A stretch of 55,846 nucleotides of DNA from a virus (IMGVR_UViG_3300029823_000381:1-55846); one strand, 5' to 3'. Shown: positions 26,963-37,692, numbered from the stretch's first letter. Numbers and translations: made by a program. The notes: a model not told the origin generated them from the letters alone.

Positions 26963-27310
26963 TTGAATAAACAAGAAATATATAATAATGAGTTAAAAAA
27001 GCTAAATGATATATTTGCAGACGTTGAAGAATCAAAGCGCAAATTAGTTGAGGGGTTAATATTAGACGCTGCATTTTTAAAAGCAGAGAATTATACATTA
27101 AAAGAAACTCTTAAAGCCACAGGAATGATTAAAATAAATCCTAAAGATAGAACATTACAAAAGAAAGTTCTTGCTGCAGATCAATATTTAAAGAATGTAA
27201 ATACTTATGCCACTGTAATAAAATCCTTAAATTCCGTATTGTCTAAAAATATTATTGAGGAAGATGATGGGTTTGACGACTGGATAAAAGAGCAAAATGG
27301 AAGTGATTAA
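26963..27310 (+). CDS. Terminase small subunit (P27/HK97-type)
   Basis: Size, position after cos, helical core and acidic C-terminus EEDDGFDDW. Confidence 0.7.
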   Translation: MNKQEIYNNELKKLNDIFADVEESKRKLVEGLILDAAFLKAENYTLKETLKATGMIKINPKDRTLQKKVLAADQYLKNVNTYATVIKSLNSVLSKNIIEEDDGFDDWIKEQNGSD

Positions 27311-27886
27311 ATGAGATTTGAAAGAGTAGCTCAAATTAAAACAGCTAACCAAGTATTACATGAATTACAGAGAGTACCTAAGAAAGCCTTAAAGGTAGTA
27401 AATGATTTTGGCATAAAAATATATTGTTTTGATAAAGACTTTAAACCTTCACGTATTGGACTTTGTAATAAAAATGATATATCAGATGATGGTAGGCTTT
27501 GGGATGATACAGCATGTTATGGACTAAAATATAAAGCTATATTTATACACCAACATGATTTTGAAGAAGAAAAAAACGAAAAAGATTTTTCAGGAATTAT
27601 ACATGAAATTGGACATGCATTAGATCATGCATTAGGAAATAAACTTGGTAAAAATAATTACTTATCACATATAGAATCTAAAATCTATACTGGATGGCAA
27701 AACGATAAGGGTTTAGATTGCTATGCCAATTCAGATTTAGCAGAATATTTTGCTCAAGCATTTATGGCATATTGTTACACCGGATTAGAAAATTATAAGC
27801 CATGGTCATATAGAGAACATACAAAAGAAGAATTGAGAATAAAAGACAATGATATGTTTTGTTTTTTTAAGTCATTGTTGGATTAG
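27311..27886 (+). CDS. Zinc metallopeptidase (anthrax lethal factor / Pro-Pro endopeptidase-like zincin)
   Basis: IHEIGHALDH (HExxH) and downstream YA...AEYFAQAF. Confidence 0.75.
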   Translation: MRFERVAQIKTANQVLHELQRVPKKALKVVNDFGIKIYCFDKDFKPSRIGLCNKNDISDDGRLWDDTACYGLKYKAIFIHQHDFEEEKNEKDFSGIIHEIGHALDHALGNKLGKNNYLSHIESKIYTGWQNDKGLDCYANSDLAEYFAQAFMAYCYTGLENYKPWSYREHTKEELRIKDNDMFCFFKSLLD

Positions 27887-27897
27887 GGCTGATATAA

Positions 27898-29583
27898 ATG
27901 TATAACTTAAATGACTGTACTATAAATAGCAAACATTCCTATCTACTTGAATATTATAGCAAAATAAAATCAGGAGAAATTATTGTAGGCCATGAGCTAA
28001 TACAGCAGTTGAAAAATTTAATTGAAGATCTCGATAACCCAATATATATTTTTGATAATCATAGCGCAGAGTTTAGAATAAGCTTCATTGAAAAGTTTTG
28101 CAAACATACAAAGTCGCCTTTCTTTGGGAAACCTTTTAAATTAGACCTGTGGGAAAAAGCTTTTATTGAAAGCTTTTATTCTTTTAAATGGGCTGAAACA
28201 AAGTTAAGAAGATTTAAAAAAGCTATATTATTAATAGCTAGAAAAAATGGTAAGTCAACACTATGTGCAGCTATTTCATTGGCTGAGTTTTTTTGTGGCA
28301 CTGGTGGAAATGATATAGTATGCTCAAGCAATGATGATGCACAAGCAGGAATAATTTTTGACGAAATTGCAAACATGAGGGAATGGTCAAAAGCACTTGC
28401 TAAAAGAAGCCATAAAAATAATAAGGGAATATTCAATCTTAGAAATAAATCAACTATAAAAAAGATGTCAGAAAAAACGCAAAAAAAAGAAGGCAGAAAT
28501 ATTGACGTTGGTGTAGTAGATGAAGTACATGAAATGAAAGACAATACAGCAGTAAAACCTATTGAACAATCTCAATCTACAAAGGATGAGCCAATATTGT
28601 TTTTGATTACGACAGAAGGGTTTGTGAATAATGGATTTTTGGATGGTGAACTTAAATATGCAAGAAAGGTTTTAGACAAAGAGCTTGAAGATCCAACATT
28701 ATTGATATGGTTGTATACACAAGACAGTGAGGCTGAAATATGGCAAGATAGAGAATCTTGGTATAAATCAAATCCAAGTTTAGGAATTGTGAAGAAATTT
28801 GCATATCTTGAAGATCAAATAAGAAAAGCACAGCAAAGTAAATCTGACAGAGCCTTTACATTAGCCAAGGATTTTAATATTAAGCAAAACAATTCTGAAG
28901 CATGGCTAATGCCTGAGGATTACGAAAACGTAGAGACTTTTGATATATCTGAATTTCAAGGCGGTTTTGCAATAGGAGGATCAGACTTATCAAGGGTAGG
29001 TGACTTATGTAGTGCAAGAGCATTATTAATGAGGAAAGATGATCCTAAAAAGTACTTTTATCAACAATATTTTATTCCAGAGGCTAAATTAAGCTTTCTC
29101 AAAGGCGCTGAATTAGAAAAATATAAAAAATGGATAGATGATGGATTTATAACTATTTCACCTGGGGCAGAAAATGATTTCCGACTTGTTTCAAAATGGT
29201 ATTATGATTTATGGAAAAACTATGGAATAAGATTTTTTAATATAGGCTACGATAGATGGTCAGCAACATACTTTATACAGGATTTAAATGAACTTGGGTT
29301 TGATACAACAAAAGTAAAACAAGATCATGGTACACTATCTGAACCATATAAAATGCTTGAACGTGATTTTAAAGCAAAGTATGTAGTCTATAGTAATAAT
29401 CCTATAGACAAATTTTGTTTAGGTAATGCATCAGTTGATTTAAATAAAAATAGAGAAATATTAATTGTAAAGCCAGAGGGCGAGAAGGATAAAAAGATTG
29501 ATGGTGCCGTAACAATGGGAATTTGTTATAGGGTATATATGGATAACAGACCAATATTCCTTGACCTTGTAAATAATAATTAG
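27898..29583 (+). CDS. terL: Terminase large subunit
   Basis: IARKNGKS, VVDEVH, GSDLS, YDRW, KIDGAV. Confidence 0.95.
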   Translation: MYNLNDCTINSKHSYLLEYYSKIKSGEIIVGHELIQQLKNLIEDLDNPIYIFDNHSAEFRISFIEKFCKHTKSPFFGKPFKLDLWEKAFIESFYSFKWAETKLRRFKKAILLIARKNGKSTLCAAISLAEFFCGTGGNDIVCSSNDDAQAGIIFDEIANMREWSKALAKRSHKNNKGIFNLRNKSTIKKMSEKTQKKEGRNIDVGVVDEVHEMKDNTAVKPIEQSQSTKDEPILFLITTEGFVNNGFLDGELKYARKVLDKELEDPTLLIWLYTQDSEAEIWQDRESWYKSNPSLGIVKKFAYLEDQIRKAQQSKSDRAFTLAKDFNIKQNNSEAWLMPEDYENVETFDISEFQGGFAIGGSDLSRVGDLCSARALLMRKDDPKKYFYQQYFIPEAKLSFLKGAELEKYKKWIDDGFITISPGAENDFRLVSKWYYDLWKNYGIRFFNIGYDRWSATYFIQDLNELGFDTTKVKQDHGTLSEPYKMLERDFKAKYVVYSNNPIDKFCLGNASVDLNKNREILIVKPEGEKDKKIDGAVTMGICYRVYMDNRPIFLDLVNNN

Positions 29584-29594
29584 GTGGTGGTGAT

Positions 29595-29816
29595 GTGAAA
29601 GAAAAGATTAAACTAAAAGATAAAATTAAGAGAAAGGTAAATGAATTTGTTTTGAAATTCTTAGATGATATTTTACTTATAATAGGAGCTGGATTTATTT
29701 CATATGGAATATCTAAAATATATTATCCATTAGGATTTATAACAATAGGTATAGCATGTTTGGGCTATGCTTTTTTATTTGCAAAGAAAATGGCAATTAT
29801 GACTGGAAGAAGGTGA
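29595..29816 (+). CDS. Small two-TM protein between terminase and portal
   Basis: Typical position in HK97-like Firmicute phages; hydrophobic. Confidence 0.7.
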   Translation: MKEKIKLKDKIKRKVNEFVLKFLDDILLIIGAGFISYGISKIYYPLGFITIGIACLGYAFLFAKKMAIMTGRR

Positions 29817-29820
29817 ATAA

Positions 29821-31296
29821 ATGCTACTACAAAGTTTAATGAGTAATGACCAAGATGATAGAAATATGCAGTACGCTAAAATGTTAAATGGTACATTACC
29901 ACTATTTAGTCAGTTTGGCCAAAATATATATGCTTCAGATATAGTTCAAATGTGCATAGACACTATAGCACAGGAGATGTCAAAGCTACAGCCACGACAT
30001 ATATTCACTGGAACTTCTGGTGTACAGCAGGTGCCAAATAGTACTATCAATGCGTTATTTAAATTTGCCCCAAATGAGTTAATGACCACAAGTGAGTTTA
30101 TTGAAAAGTTCACATGGCTATTGCTTATGAATTACAATACATTCATTTATCCAGTATATTCTACTTACACAGCACCAAACGGAAATACTTCACGAATATA
30201 CAGTGCTCTATACCCTATAAATCCAACACGAGTAGAATTCCTACAAGATCCTACAGGAACACTTTATGTAAAATTTACATTTAGAAACGGACAACATTAT
30301 ACATTACCTTATTCAGACATTATCCATATCAGGAAAAAATATAGTGTTAATGATTTTATGGGTGGTGGAGAAAATGGCCAGCCAGATAATCAAGCATTGC
30401 TTGACACCTTACAGGTAAATGACACTGTGATGCAAGGGATAGCAAAAGCAGTAAAAACAACCCTTACAATAAGGGGAATATTAAAGATAAATACAATGTT
30501 GGATACTGACAAAAAGAAAGCCGAAAGAGACAATTTTGAAAAAGATTTATTAGATGGTACAAGTGGTATAATCCCTATGGATTTTAAAGAGGACTATGTA
30601 CCTCTAACAGTAGATCCAAAACTTATAGACAAGGATACGATGCAATTCATACAAGATAAAATATTGAATTGGTATGGCGTAAGCATCCCAATACTTACAG
30701 GTGACTATAATGACGATCAATATCAAAGCTTTTATGAAAAAACATTAGAGCCTATTTTGGTTAGAGCAGCACAAGCATTTTCTAAGACTATGTTTACTGC
30801 AAGAGAATTACAAGTAGGGAATGAGATAGTGTTCTATCAAAAAGATATGCAATACCTAAGCACACAATCAAAGTTAAACCTATTGCAAATTGCAGGAGCA
30901 CAAGGAATTTTATCAGATAATCAAAAGCTTCAATTATTAGGATATGGACCTATACCAGGTGGAGAAAGATATACTCAAAGTCTGAATTATGTTGATAAGA
31001 ATTTAATAAATGATTACCAAATGAAAAAAGCGGGTTCCGGAAGCACTAATAATACAGACGATACTCAGCAGGGACAATTACAAGATACGGTTGAACAGAC
31101 AACAGGTCAAAAGTTAAATGGTGCACAGATACAAAGCTTATTAAGTATAATACAATCTTACAAATCTGGTGCAATAACTAAGAATTCAGCCATTACTATA
31201 ATGACGTCTACACTTGGCATAGGAAAAGATGAAGCAGAACAAATACTTGATGATGGAACTGACATTGTAGATGATACTATAAATAAGGACGAATAG
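29821..31296 (+). CDS. Portal protein (HK97 family) with C-terminal extension
   Basis: PNELMT..EF, DIIHIR, YGV..PIL; position. Confidence 0.9.
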   Translation: MLLQSLMSNDQDDRNMQYAKMLNGTLPLFSQFGQNIYASDIVQMCIDTIAQEMSKLQPRHIFTGTSGVQQVPNSTINALFKFAPNELMTTSEFIEKFTWLLLMNYNTFIYPVYSTYTAPNGNTSRIYSALYPINPTRVEFLQDPTGTLYVKFTFRNGQHYTLPYSDIIHIRKKYSVNDFMGGGENGQPDNQALLDTLQVNDTVMQGIAKAVKTTLTIRGILKINTMLDTDKKKAERDNFEKDLLDGTSGIIPMDFKEDYVPLTVDPKLIDKDTMQFIQDKILNWYGVSIPILTGDYNDDQYQSFYEKTLEPILVRAAQAFSKTMFTARELQVGNEIVFYQKDMQYLSTQSKLNLLQIAGAQGILSDNQKLQLLGYGPIPGGERYTQSLNYVDKNLINDYQMKKAGSGSTNNTDDTQQGQLQDTVEQTTGQKLNGAQIQSLLSIIQSYKSGAITKNSAITIMTSTLGIGKDEAEQILDDGTDIVDDTINKDE

Positions 31297-31308
31297 GAGG
31301 TAATATCA

Positions 31309-32052
31309 ATGGCTAAAAGAAATTTGCCACATAAGGGTACAAAAGAAAAAAGAAATTTTGTTTCGGCGGACTTAAGAGCTATGACAGACGGAAACACAGT
31401 CGAAGGCCATGCTGCAGTTTATAATCAAGTTGCAAATATTGCTGGATGGTTTAATGAAGTAATAGAACGTGGAGCCTTTGACAATACAGATTTTACAGAC
31501 GTTCTGCTTAGCGTAAATCATGATTTAGATAAAATTCCATTAGCGAGAAGTAGAAACAATAATGCAAATTCTACTTTACAGCTTAGCGTAGATGATGCAG
31601 GTCTTGCGGCAAAAGCTAGTCTTGATGTTGTTAATAACGCAGATGCAAAAAGTTTATACAGTGCAATATCCAGAGGAGACATGAATGGTATGTCTTTTAT
31701 TTTTTGGGTAGGAGATGAAGAGTGGGAGGGACTTGATACAGATATGCCAACTCGACATATAAGGGCAATATCTAAAGTCCAAGAGGTTAGTGTAGTTAGT
31801 TTCCCAGCTTATGCTGGAACTGATATAAATGCAAGAGACAAGTTTACACTGGATAGTGCTAAACAGGCATTGGAAAATGCTAGGTCTCAAGCCAAGGAAT
31901 TGGATAATTCCAACAAAGGACTGGATAGTTCTGAACAGCAGGAGGAAAAGACAAATAAAAAATGCCAAATAGACAATAAAGAAAAAAGGCAGCGGCAGGA
32001 AGAACTTGAATTTGAAAAATTGAAATATGAAATTTTAGCAGATTTAAAATAA
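31309..32052 (+). CDS. HK97-family prohead protease
   Basis: EGHAAVYN, EVIERGAF, NHD, GMSF, EVSVVSFPAY. Confidence 0.93.
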   Translation: MAKRNLPHKGTKEKRNFVSADLRAMTDGNTVEGHAAVYNQVANIAGWFNEVIERGAFDNTDFTDVLLSVNHDLDKIPLARSRNNNANSTLQLSVDDAGLAAKASLDVVNNADAKSLYSAISRGDMNGMSFIFWVGDEEWEGLDTDMPTRHIRAISKVQEVSVVSFPAYAGTDINARDKFTLDSAKQALENARSQAKELDNSNKGLDSSEQQEEKTNKKCQIDNKEKRQRQEELEFEKLKYEILADLK

Positions 32053-32068
32053 GAAAGGGCATGATCAG

Positions 32069-33385
32069 ATGAAAGATAAATTATTAAAGCTTATAAAAGC
32101 CAAAGAAGACATGAAAGCACAAAGGAAAGTGGAATATGCAAAAGACGTTGAAAATGCTAAGGACTCAACAGAATTAAGAAGCTTATTCAATCAGTACAAT
32201 AAAGATATCGCAACTGTAGATGGAGAAATAAAAGAATATAGAGATATGCTTGCAGAAATAGAAGCAGCAGAAAAAAGAGATAACGATAATATTGCAGGTA
32301 TGCCACCAGAAGGAGGAACTCCAGATGGTGGAAAGCCAGAAGGAAAAGAACCAGAGGGACAGCCAGAGGATAGAGGCGCAGGAACACCAGAGGGAAATTT
32401 TAATCCTTTAGGAACATATGGCGTTGGAAATGGCACTGCTGGAGCACAAGGCAAAGAAGATAGAAGCATAAAATTAAAGGAAGAATCAGAAAAAAGAGGC
32501 AAGCAGCTTATGGAAGGTAGAAGTGTAACAATAGCTTCAAATGTTTTACTTGCACAATACACTGATACAACCTTAAGTAAAGCGTTCAACCAAGTCTCAA
32601 GCCTTATTGATAGAGTTACAACTAAACCTCTTATTGGTGGAGAATCTTATAAGAAAGGTTATGTCAAAGGCTATGGGACAGCAGACTATACAGATGAGGG
32701 GAATGATTATAATACTACTGAACCTACATTCGGATATGCAGATATTAATAAGACAAAAGTTACTTCTTACGCAGAGGATACAGAGGAACTTTTAAAATTG
32801 TCAGCAGCCGATTATGATGCAGAGGTAGTAAATGGTGTTACCATAGCTTCAAGAAAGAAAATTTCAAGAGAAATACTTGTAGGTGATGGGACAGCTGGAC
32901 ATCTTATTGGAATATTTTCTTCAAATGCTACCGCAATAGACAGTACTACTGATATATCTATAGATGAAATTAACGAGGATACATTAGATGATATCATTTA
33001 CGGATTTGGTGGAGACGAAGATGTCGAGGCTGCATCAACATTGATATTAAATAAGAGAGATTTAAAAGCATTCTCTAAATTAAGAGATGCTAACGGGAAA
33101 AAAATATACACAATTGTTAATAATGGAAACACAGGAACTATCGATACAATACCATTTATAATTAATAGTGCTTGTAATGCTATATCAAACGGTGCGACTT
33201 CTGGACAATATTGTATGGCATATGGACCACTTACAAATTATTTGTTAACTATATTCTCACAGATGGATGTGCAGAGGTCTACAGATTATAAATTTAAACA
33301 AGGTATGATTGCAAATAGATCTTCAGTATTTGTTGGTGGAAATGTTGTTTCATACAACGGTTTCTTAAGAATAAAGAAAAAATAA
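32069..33385 (+). CDS. Major capsid protein with N-terminal delta (scaffold) domain
   Basis: Coiled-coil N-terminus, Pro/Gly linker, HK97-fold motifs; position. Confidence 0.9.
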   Translation: MKDKLLKLIKAKEDMKAQRKVEYAKDVENAKDSTELRSLFNQYNKDIATVDGEIKEYRDMLAEIEAAEKRDNDNIAGMPPEGGTPDGGKPEGKEPEGQPEDRGAGTPEGNFNPLGTYGVGNGTAGAQGKEDRSIKLKEESEKRGKQLMEGRSVTIASNVLLAQYTDTTLSKAFNQVSSLIDRVTTKPLIGGESYKKGYVKGYGTADYTDEGNDYNTTEPTFGYADINKTKVTSYAEDTEELLKLSAADYDAEVVNGVTIASRKKISREILVGDGTAGHLIGIFSSNATAIDSTTDISIDEINEDTLDDIIYGFGGDEDVEAASTLILNKRDLKAFSKLRDANGKKIYTIVNNGNTGTIDTIPFIINSACNAISNGATSGQYCMAYGPLTNYLLTIFSQMDVQRSTDYKFKQGMIANRSSVFVGGNVVSYNGFLRIKKK

Positions 33386-33412
33386 GGTAGGATAAAACTT
33401 GCCTTATTTTTA
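33383..33412 (+). terminator. Intrinsic terminator after capsid gene
   Basis: TAAGGTAGG / CTTGCCTTA plus T-tract. Confidence 0.6.
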
Positions 33413-33428
33413 TGGAAAGGATGATTAG

Positions 33429-34019
33429 ATGATTATAGGATTTGAAAAAAAAACAAGGCCAAACCTAAAAACAGATGTAGATAGTTTGGAAATAGATAGA
33501 GCATTTATAGCACATTTTCAAATTAGTGCAACAGATGCAGTGGTAGCAAGTAATACAGCTATATTGGCAGCAACAGCATTAACTACAGCAGTACAAACTA
33601 TTACAGCTAATATTACTAATCCAGCAGTACCAAGGAACATAAAAGTTATAGGTAATGTGGCAGGAATAGCAGGAAATGTAGTTATTAAAGGAACTAATTA
33701 TAATGGCGATAGCATCAGTGAAACATTAGCTTTAAATGGGACTACAGCAGTAGAAGGAAATAAAGCTTTTAGAACTATAACTGAAATAGATTTGCCTATT
33801 CAAACTGCAGATGGAAATACTGTAAGTGTAGGTTTTGGAGAAAAGCTCGGATTACCATTTAAACTAGCACATAATACTATACTTATGGCTTTCTTAGATA
33901 ATACAAAGGAAGCTACAGCACCTACATTAACTACAAGCTTTACGGTATTAGAAAACAACACTATAAAGCTTAATAGCTCCCTTAGTGGTAAAATAGTAGA
34001 TGCTTATTTACTAATATAA
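33429..34019 (+). CDS. Probable virion (head decoration) protein
   Basis: Beta-rich, Ala/Thr-rich; directly after the capsid gene. Confidence 0.55.
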   Translation: MIIGFEKKTRPNLKTDVDSLEIDRAFIAHFQISATDAVVASNTAILAATALTTAVQTITANITNPAVPRNIKVIGNVAGIAGNVVIKGTNYNGDSISETLALNGTTAVEGNKAFRTITEIDLPIQTADGNTVSVGFGEKLGLPFKLAHNTILMAFLDNTKEATAPTLTTSFTVLENNTIKLNSSLSGKIVDAYLLI

Positions 34020-34028
34020 GGTGATTTT

Positions 34029-34322
34029 ATGAGTACAGAATTACCAGAATTAAAATTATGGTTAAGCATAGATTATGATGATGATGACAATAATTTAAAT
34101 TCATTAATTTCTACTAGTGAATTACTGATAAAACAGTCTACAGGAGTAGAATTTAGTGACGTAGAAAGTGATGCCAATGCTAAAGAGCTGTATAAAACCT
34201 TACAAAAGTTTATTATAGGCGATTTATATAAAAATAGAACCAATGCAGGGAAAATTAGTCCCGCACTTTTAAATTTATACGCACAATTAGAAGCGTATAA
34301 GCTGCAAGACACACAGACATAA
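34029..34322 (+). CDS. Head-tail connector (gp6-like)
   Basis: ELKLWLSIDYDDDD..L..LI...LYKNR. Confidence 0.85.
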   Translation: MSTELPELKLWLSIDYDDDDNNLNSLISTSELLIKQSTGVEFSDVESDANAKELYKTLQKFIIGDLYKNRTNAGKISPALLNLYAQLEAYKLQDTQT

Positions 34323-34352
34323 TGTAAGAATATTTGTTTTAAAGGTGATTTT

Positions 34353-34691
34353 ATGGATGATGCAAGTTTAACAAATAGATTAGATGTATATGAGAAAATA
34401 AAAGTTGATGATGAAGAACTTGGAACAACTAAAAATGTGTATGCAAAAACAAAAACTTTAAGATGTAATATAATTCCTGCAGGATTATCTGGCAGTATAA
34501 AAAATACAGTGGCTAATACTCAATATTCAGAAACTACACACCGAATGAGATGCAGAAAATTAAGCTTAAAACCTACTTCAGATATGTATTTTATGGACAA
34601 AGATGGTCTGAGATATGATATTCAATATTTTCAACCAGATTATAAATATGATGACTTTTGGGAAATTATGCTTAAAGTAAAAATGGAATAA
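34353..34691 (+). CDS. Head closure / head-tail adaptor
   Basis: Synteny and size. Confidence 0.75.
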   Translation: MDDASLTNRLDVYEKIKVDDEELGTTKNVYAKTKTLRCNIIPAGLSGSIKNTVANTQYSETTHRMRCRKLSLKPTSDMYFMDKDGLRYDIQYFQPDYKYDDFWEIMLKVKME

Positions 34692-34700
34692 GGTGATATT

Positions 34701-35132
34701 ATGGCAGATGGTTTCGATATACATGAATTAGATGATTTTACAAAGGACTTGCTTGCATTAGCTGAAAAAGAACTGCCAAAAGAAACATCAAAATTCATAA
34801 AAAAGAACGCAAATCAGCTAAAAACAGCTACTAAAAATAAAGCTAAAGAAGTTGGAATTTTAGAAGAGACAGGAAATTACTATAAAGGCTTTAGCAGTGG
34901 AAAAGTATATGAGTATCAAGGAACTTTAAGTTGCAGAGCTTATAATGGTTCACCTCATGCTCATTTACTGGAATATGGACATTTACAAACAGCTAAAGGC
35001 GGTAGAAGTGTGGGCAAAGGATTTGTACCAGGCTTTCATCCATTTGAAAAAGCATATCAAGATTTCATGGGTAAATACTATGGAAATTGTGAGGACTTTA
35101 TTGACACAATGCTAAAGGAAAAAGGCTTGTAG
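34701..35132 (+). CDS. HK97 gp10-like tail completion protein
   Basis: HAHLLEYGH..GFVPGFH. Confidence 0.8.
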   Translation: MADGFDIHELDDFTKDLLALAEKELPKETSKFIKKNANQLKTATKNKAKEVGILEETGNYYKGFSSGKVYEYQGTLSCRAYNGSPHAHLLEYGHLQTAKGGRSVGKGFVPGFHPFEKAYQDFMGKYYGNCEDFIDTMLKEKGL

Positions 35133-35140
35133 GTGATCAT

Positions 35141-35581
35141 ATGAAATTAAAAATTATAGTTAAAACAGTAAATCTAATACTAAAATCAAAATTTCCAAAT
35201 ATAGATAGGCAAAGTACAGATATACAAGAAGGTTTTTCAAGGCCTTCTTTTTTTGTTACCACAGATAGTAATAAATCCGGCCAACAGAATGACAGAATTA
35301 CTAATAAAAAAGTAGGAATAAGGATTTATTATTTTCCTTCAAATGAACATAACTGCCAAGTCGAATTACTGGAAATGCAAGACTCACTAGATGAACTATT
35401 TTCAGATGGCTTTATGATTCAAGATGGCTCAGACAATACTTATATAAATCTTGATGAAGATGGAATTGACTACAACATTACAGATGGTGTTTTACAGGCT
35501 CTCTTCTACGTGAATTACATGAATGAAAGTGACCCTGATGCAGATTATGATTACATGGAAGAACTAAATTTAAATTTATAG
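35141..35581 (+). CDS. Tail terminator protein
   Basis: EGFSRPSFFV, IYYFP; precedes the sheath gene. Confidence 0.75.
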   Translation: MKLKIIVKTVNLILKSKFPNIDRQSTDIQEGFSRPSFFVTTDSNKSGQQNDRITNKKVGIRIYYFPSNEHNCQVELLEMQDSLDELFSDGFMIQDGSDNTYINLDEDGIDYNITDGVLQALFYVNYMNESDPDADYDYMEELNLNL

Positions 35582-35596
35582 AAAGGATATGATTAA

Positions 35597-36682
35597 ATGA
35601 CACTTCATAAGCCTAATATAGATGTCGTTTTTAAAACTTTGGCCACTAGCTTTAATGCTAGAAATGCCAATAAGAACGTCATTTTGATTATAAAAGACGA
35701 TACTGTTAAGACATTTACGAAGAAAGTATATACAAGACTTACGGATGTAACAGACAGCGCGAATTATACAGCAGCTAATTTCCAAGCCATAAAAGATTGC
35801 TTTGTATCTAATATAAGACAATGTACCGTTGTGAGAATGGATGAAACAGATGGTGTTATTGCAGATGCACTTGCAATAGTTGGTGGCTTGGAAGCTGGAT
35901 ATGTTGGAATATTTAGTACTACCCCAGCAGATCAGGCAGCATTAGTAGTATGGATAAAAACCCAGGAAGAAGCTAAAAAATCCTTCAAGGCGATAGTGTG
36001 GAACCCTACTACTCCACCAGACAGCAGAGAGGTACTAAACTTTACAAATACTAAAGTAACATTTTCGGATAGTACGAGGGGCGAAGTAGATGGATGGCAG
36101 TATATACCTAGTCTTTTAGGATATATAGCAGGACGAGATACGGACGAGGGAGCAACTTATATTGTTATGGAGAACTTGGAATCTGTATTAGAACCAACAG
36201 ATTTAGACGCAGCCATAAATTCAGGGCAATTAGTTCTGCTTAACGATAGTGGAACAGTAAGAATTGTATTTGGCATAAACAGTAAAACCACTTTAGCAAC
36301 TGATGAAATTGAAGATATGAAGCTTATAGAAGTAAGTGAAGCCATGGACATAATCAGGGATGATATAACTAATACCTTCAAAAACTATTACATTGGGAAA
36401 TATAAAAATACCAACAACAATAGGGAGATATTTGTAAGTGCCATAAAAGATTATTTTGCAGACTTAGCAGGGCAGGAGATATTATCGTCTGATTTTAAAA
36501 ACACAGTACAGCAGGATGTAGATGCTATGAGACAGTATTTAGTTAGTCAGGGTATTGATGCACAGGATATGAAAGATAGTGAGGTAAAGCAGCGAAAGTT
36601 TGGCAGAAATGTATTTATAAAAGGGAATATAGAAATAGCTGAGGCAATGACAGACCTTGCGTTTACAAATGTAATGAACTAG
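35597..36682 (+). CDS. Tail sheath protein
   Basis: C-terminal EAMDIIRDDI..F...YIGKY.N; position. Confidence 0.88.
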   Translation: MTLHKPNIDVVFKTLATSFNARNANKNVILIIKDDTVKTFTKKVYTRLTDVTDSANYTAANFQAIKDCFVSNIRQCTVVRMDETDGVIADALAIVGGLEAGYVGIFSTTPADQAALVVWIKTQEEAKKSFKAIVWNPTTPPDSREVLNFTNTKVTFSDSTRGEVDGWQYIPSLLGYIAGRDTDEGATYIVMENLESVLEPTDLDAAINSGQLVLLNDSGTVRIVFGINSKTTLATDEIEDMKLIEVSEAMDIIRDDITNTFKNYYIGKYKNTNNNREIFVSAIKDYFADLAGQEILSSDFKNTVQQDVDAMRQYLVSQGIDAQDMKDSEVKQRKFGRNVFIKGNIEIAEAMTDLAFTNVMN

Positions 36683-36743
36683 GAGGACAAGTTATCGTGT
36701 CCCTTTTTTATTGCCTAAAAACTAAAAGAAAGGAGCAATACAG

Positions 36744-37178
36744 ATGGCAAAAGCTAAATATATGAACGGCACTAACGGCAAGACATGGTACAATGGAAAT
36801 TTAATTTCCAATGTAACAAGTATGGAATTAAAATTGACTGCGAAGACAGATGATATTAATACATGTGGAGAAATGGAAACAGGTACAGCAATATTGGGTT
36901 ATTCAGTTTCTGGTACACTTAAGTTAAATAAATGGGCGGATGATGTCAGTGCAGAAATGATGAAGAACGTATTTAAATGTATTACTACAGGAGTTCCAGA
37001 TGATGCAAAGGTAATAATTGCATTAGAAGATCCTTCAACAGGCAAGGCTGAGAGATATTCGGTAAGTGATATTGTGTTTACCGAAATTGACATCAAGTGC
37101 GAACCAAAGAAAATTATAGAGCAGGAATTCCCTTTCAAGGCTGGAAAATGTGATTTGCTTGAAACTATGGAAGATTAG
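36744..37178 (+). CDS. Tail tube protein (XkdM-like)
   Basis: NGTNG, GTLKLNK, LEDP, EFPF. Confidence 0.85.
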   Translation: MAKAKYMNGTNGKTWYNGNLISNVTSMELKLTAKTDDINTCGEMETGTAILGYSVSGTLKLNKWADDVSAEMMKNVFKCITTGVPDDAKVIIALEDPSTGKAERYSVSDIVFTEIDIKCEPKKIIEQEFPFKAGKCDLLETMED

Positions 37179-37191
37179 GAGGAATTAGTAT

Positions 37192-37692
37192 ATGAGCAAA
37201 AAAGAATATAGAAAAAAGCTTTTAGAAGAGAAAAAACAAAAATTAGAGCAGAAAAAGAAAGAACTAGAAGAAAAGAAGAAAAATGCAAAGGAATTTAGTA
37301 TAGAAGATCTAATAGCAAAAAAGCTGAGAAAAGATGAAAGAAAAAATAAGGTTATTGAGGTTTACAGTGAAGAAGCTGACAGAAAATTAAAGGTTAAAAT
37401 GCCTTCCGATAAAGCTGTATTAAAAGTAATTAATGCAATAGCAAATACCGCAGATGAAGATGGCAATGTTGACCTTGAAGCTTTTACAGAAGCAGTAACA
37501 CCACTTATATATAATTGTTGCCCTAAACTGCATGATAAGGAATTGCAAAAGGCTTGTGAAATCGAAGGCGATTGTTGGGATGTTGTGGAAGTAATATTTA
37601 ACTGGGACGAAAGAGTAGGAATAGCTCAGGAAATATTGAATAATAGTTCGGTTAACCCTCAGGAACTTGACGAAGACATAAAAAACTTATAG
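37192..37692 (+). CDS. Tail assembly chaperone (XkdN-like)
   Basis: Position after tube gene; ends at slippery site A AAA AAC. Confidence 0.8.
   Translation: MSKKEYRKKLLEEKKQKLEQKKKELEEKKKNAKEFSIEDLIAKKLRKDERKNKVIEVYSEEADRKLKVKMPSDKAVLKVINAIANTADEDGNVDLEAFTEAVTPLIYNCCPKLHDKELQKACEIEGDCWDVVEVIFNWDERVGIAQEILNNSSVNPQELDEDIKNL

Noticed and set aside
32300-32395. CCAGAG/CCAGAA repeats similar to the early heptamers
   Set aside because: In-frame Pro-Glu-Gly linker codons of the capsid delta domain; no adjacent terminator.
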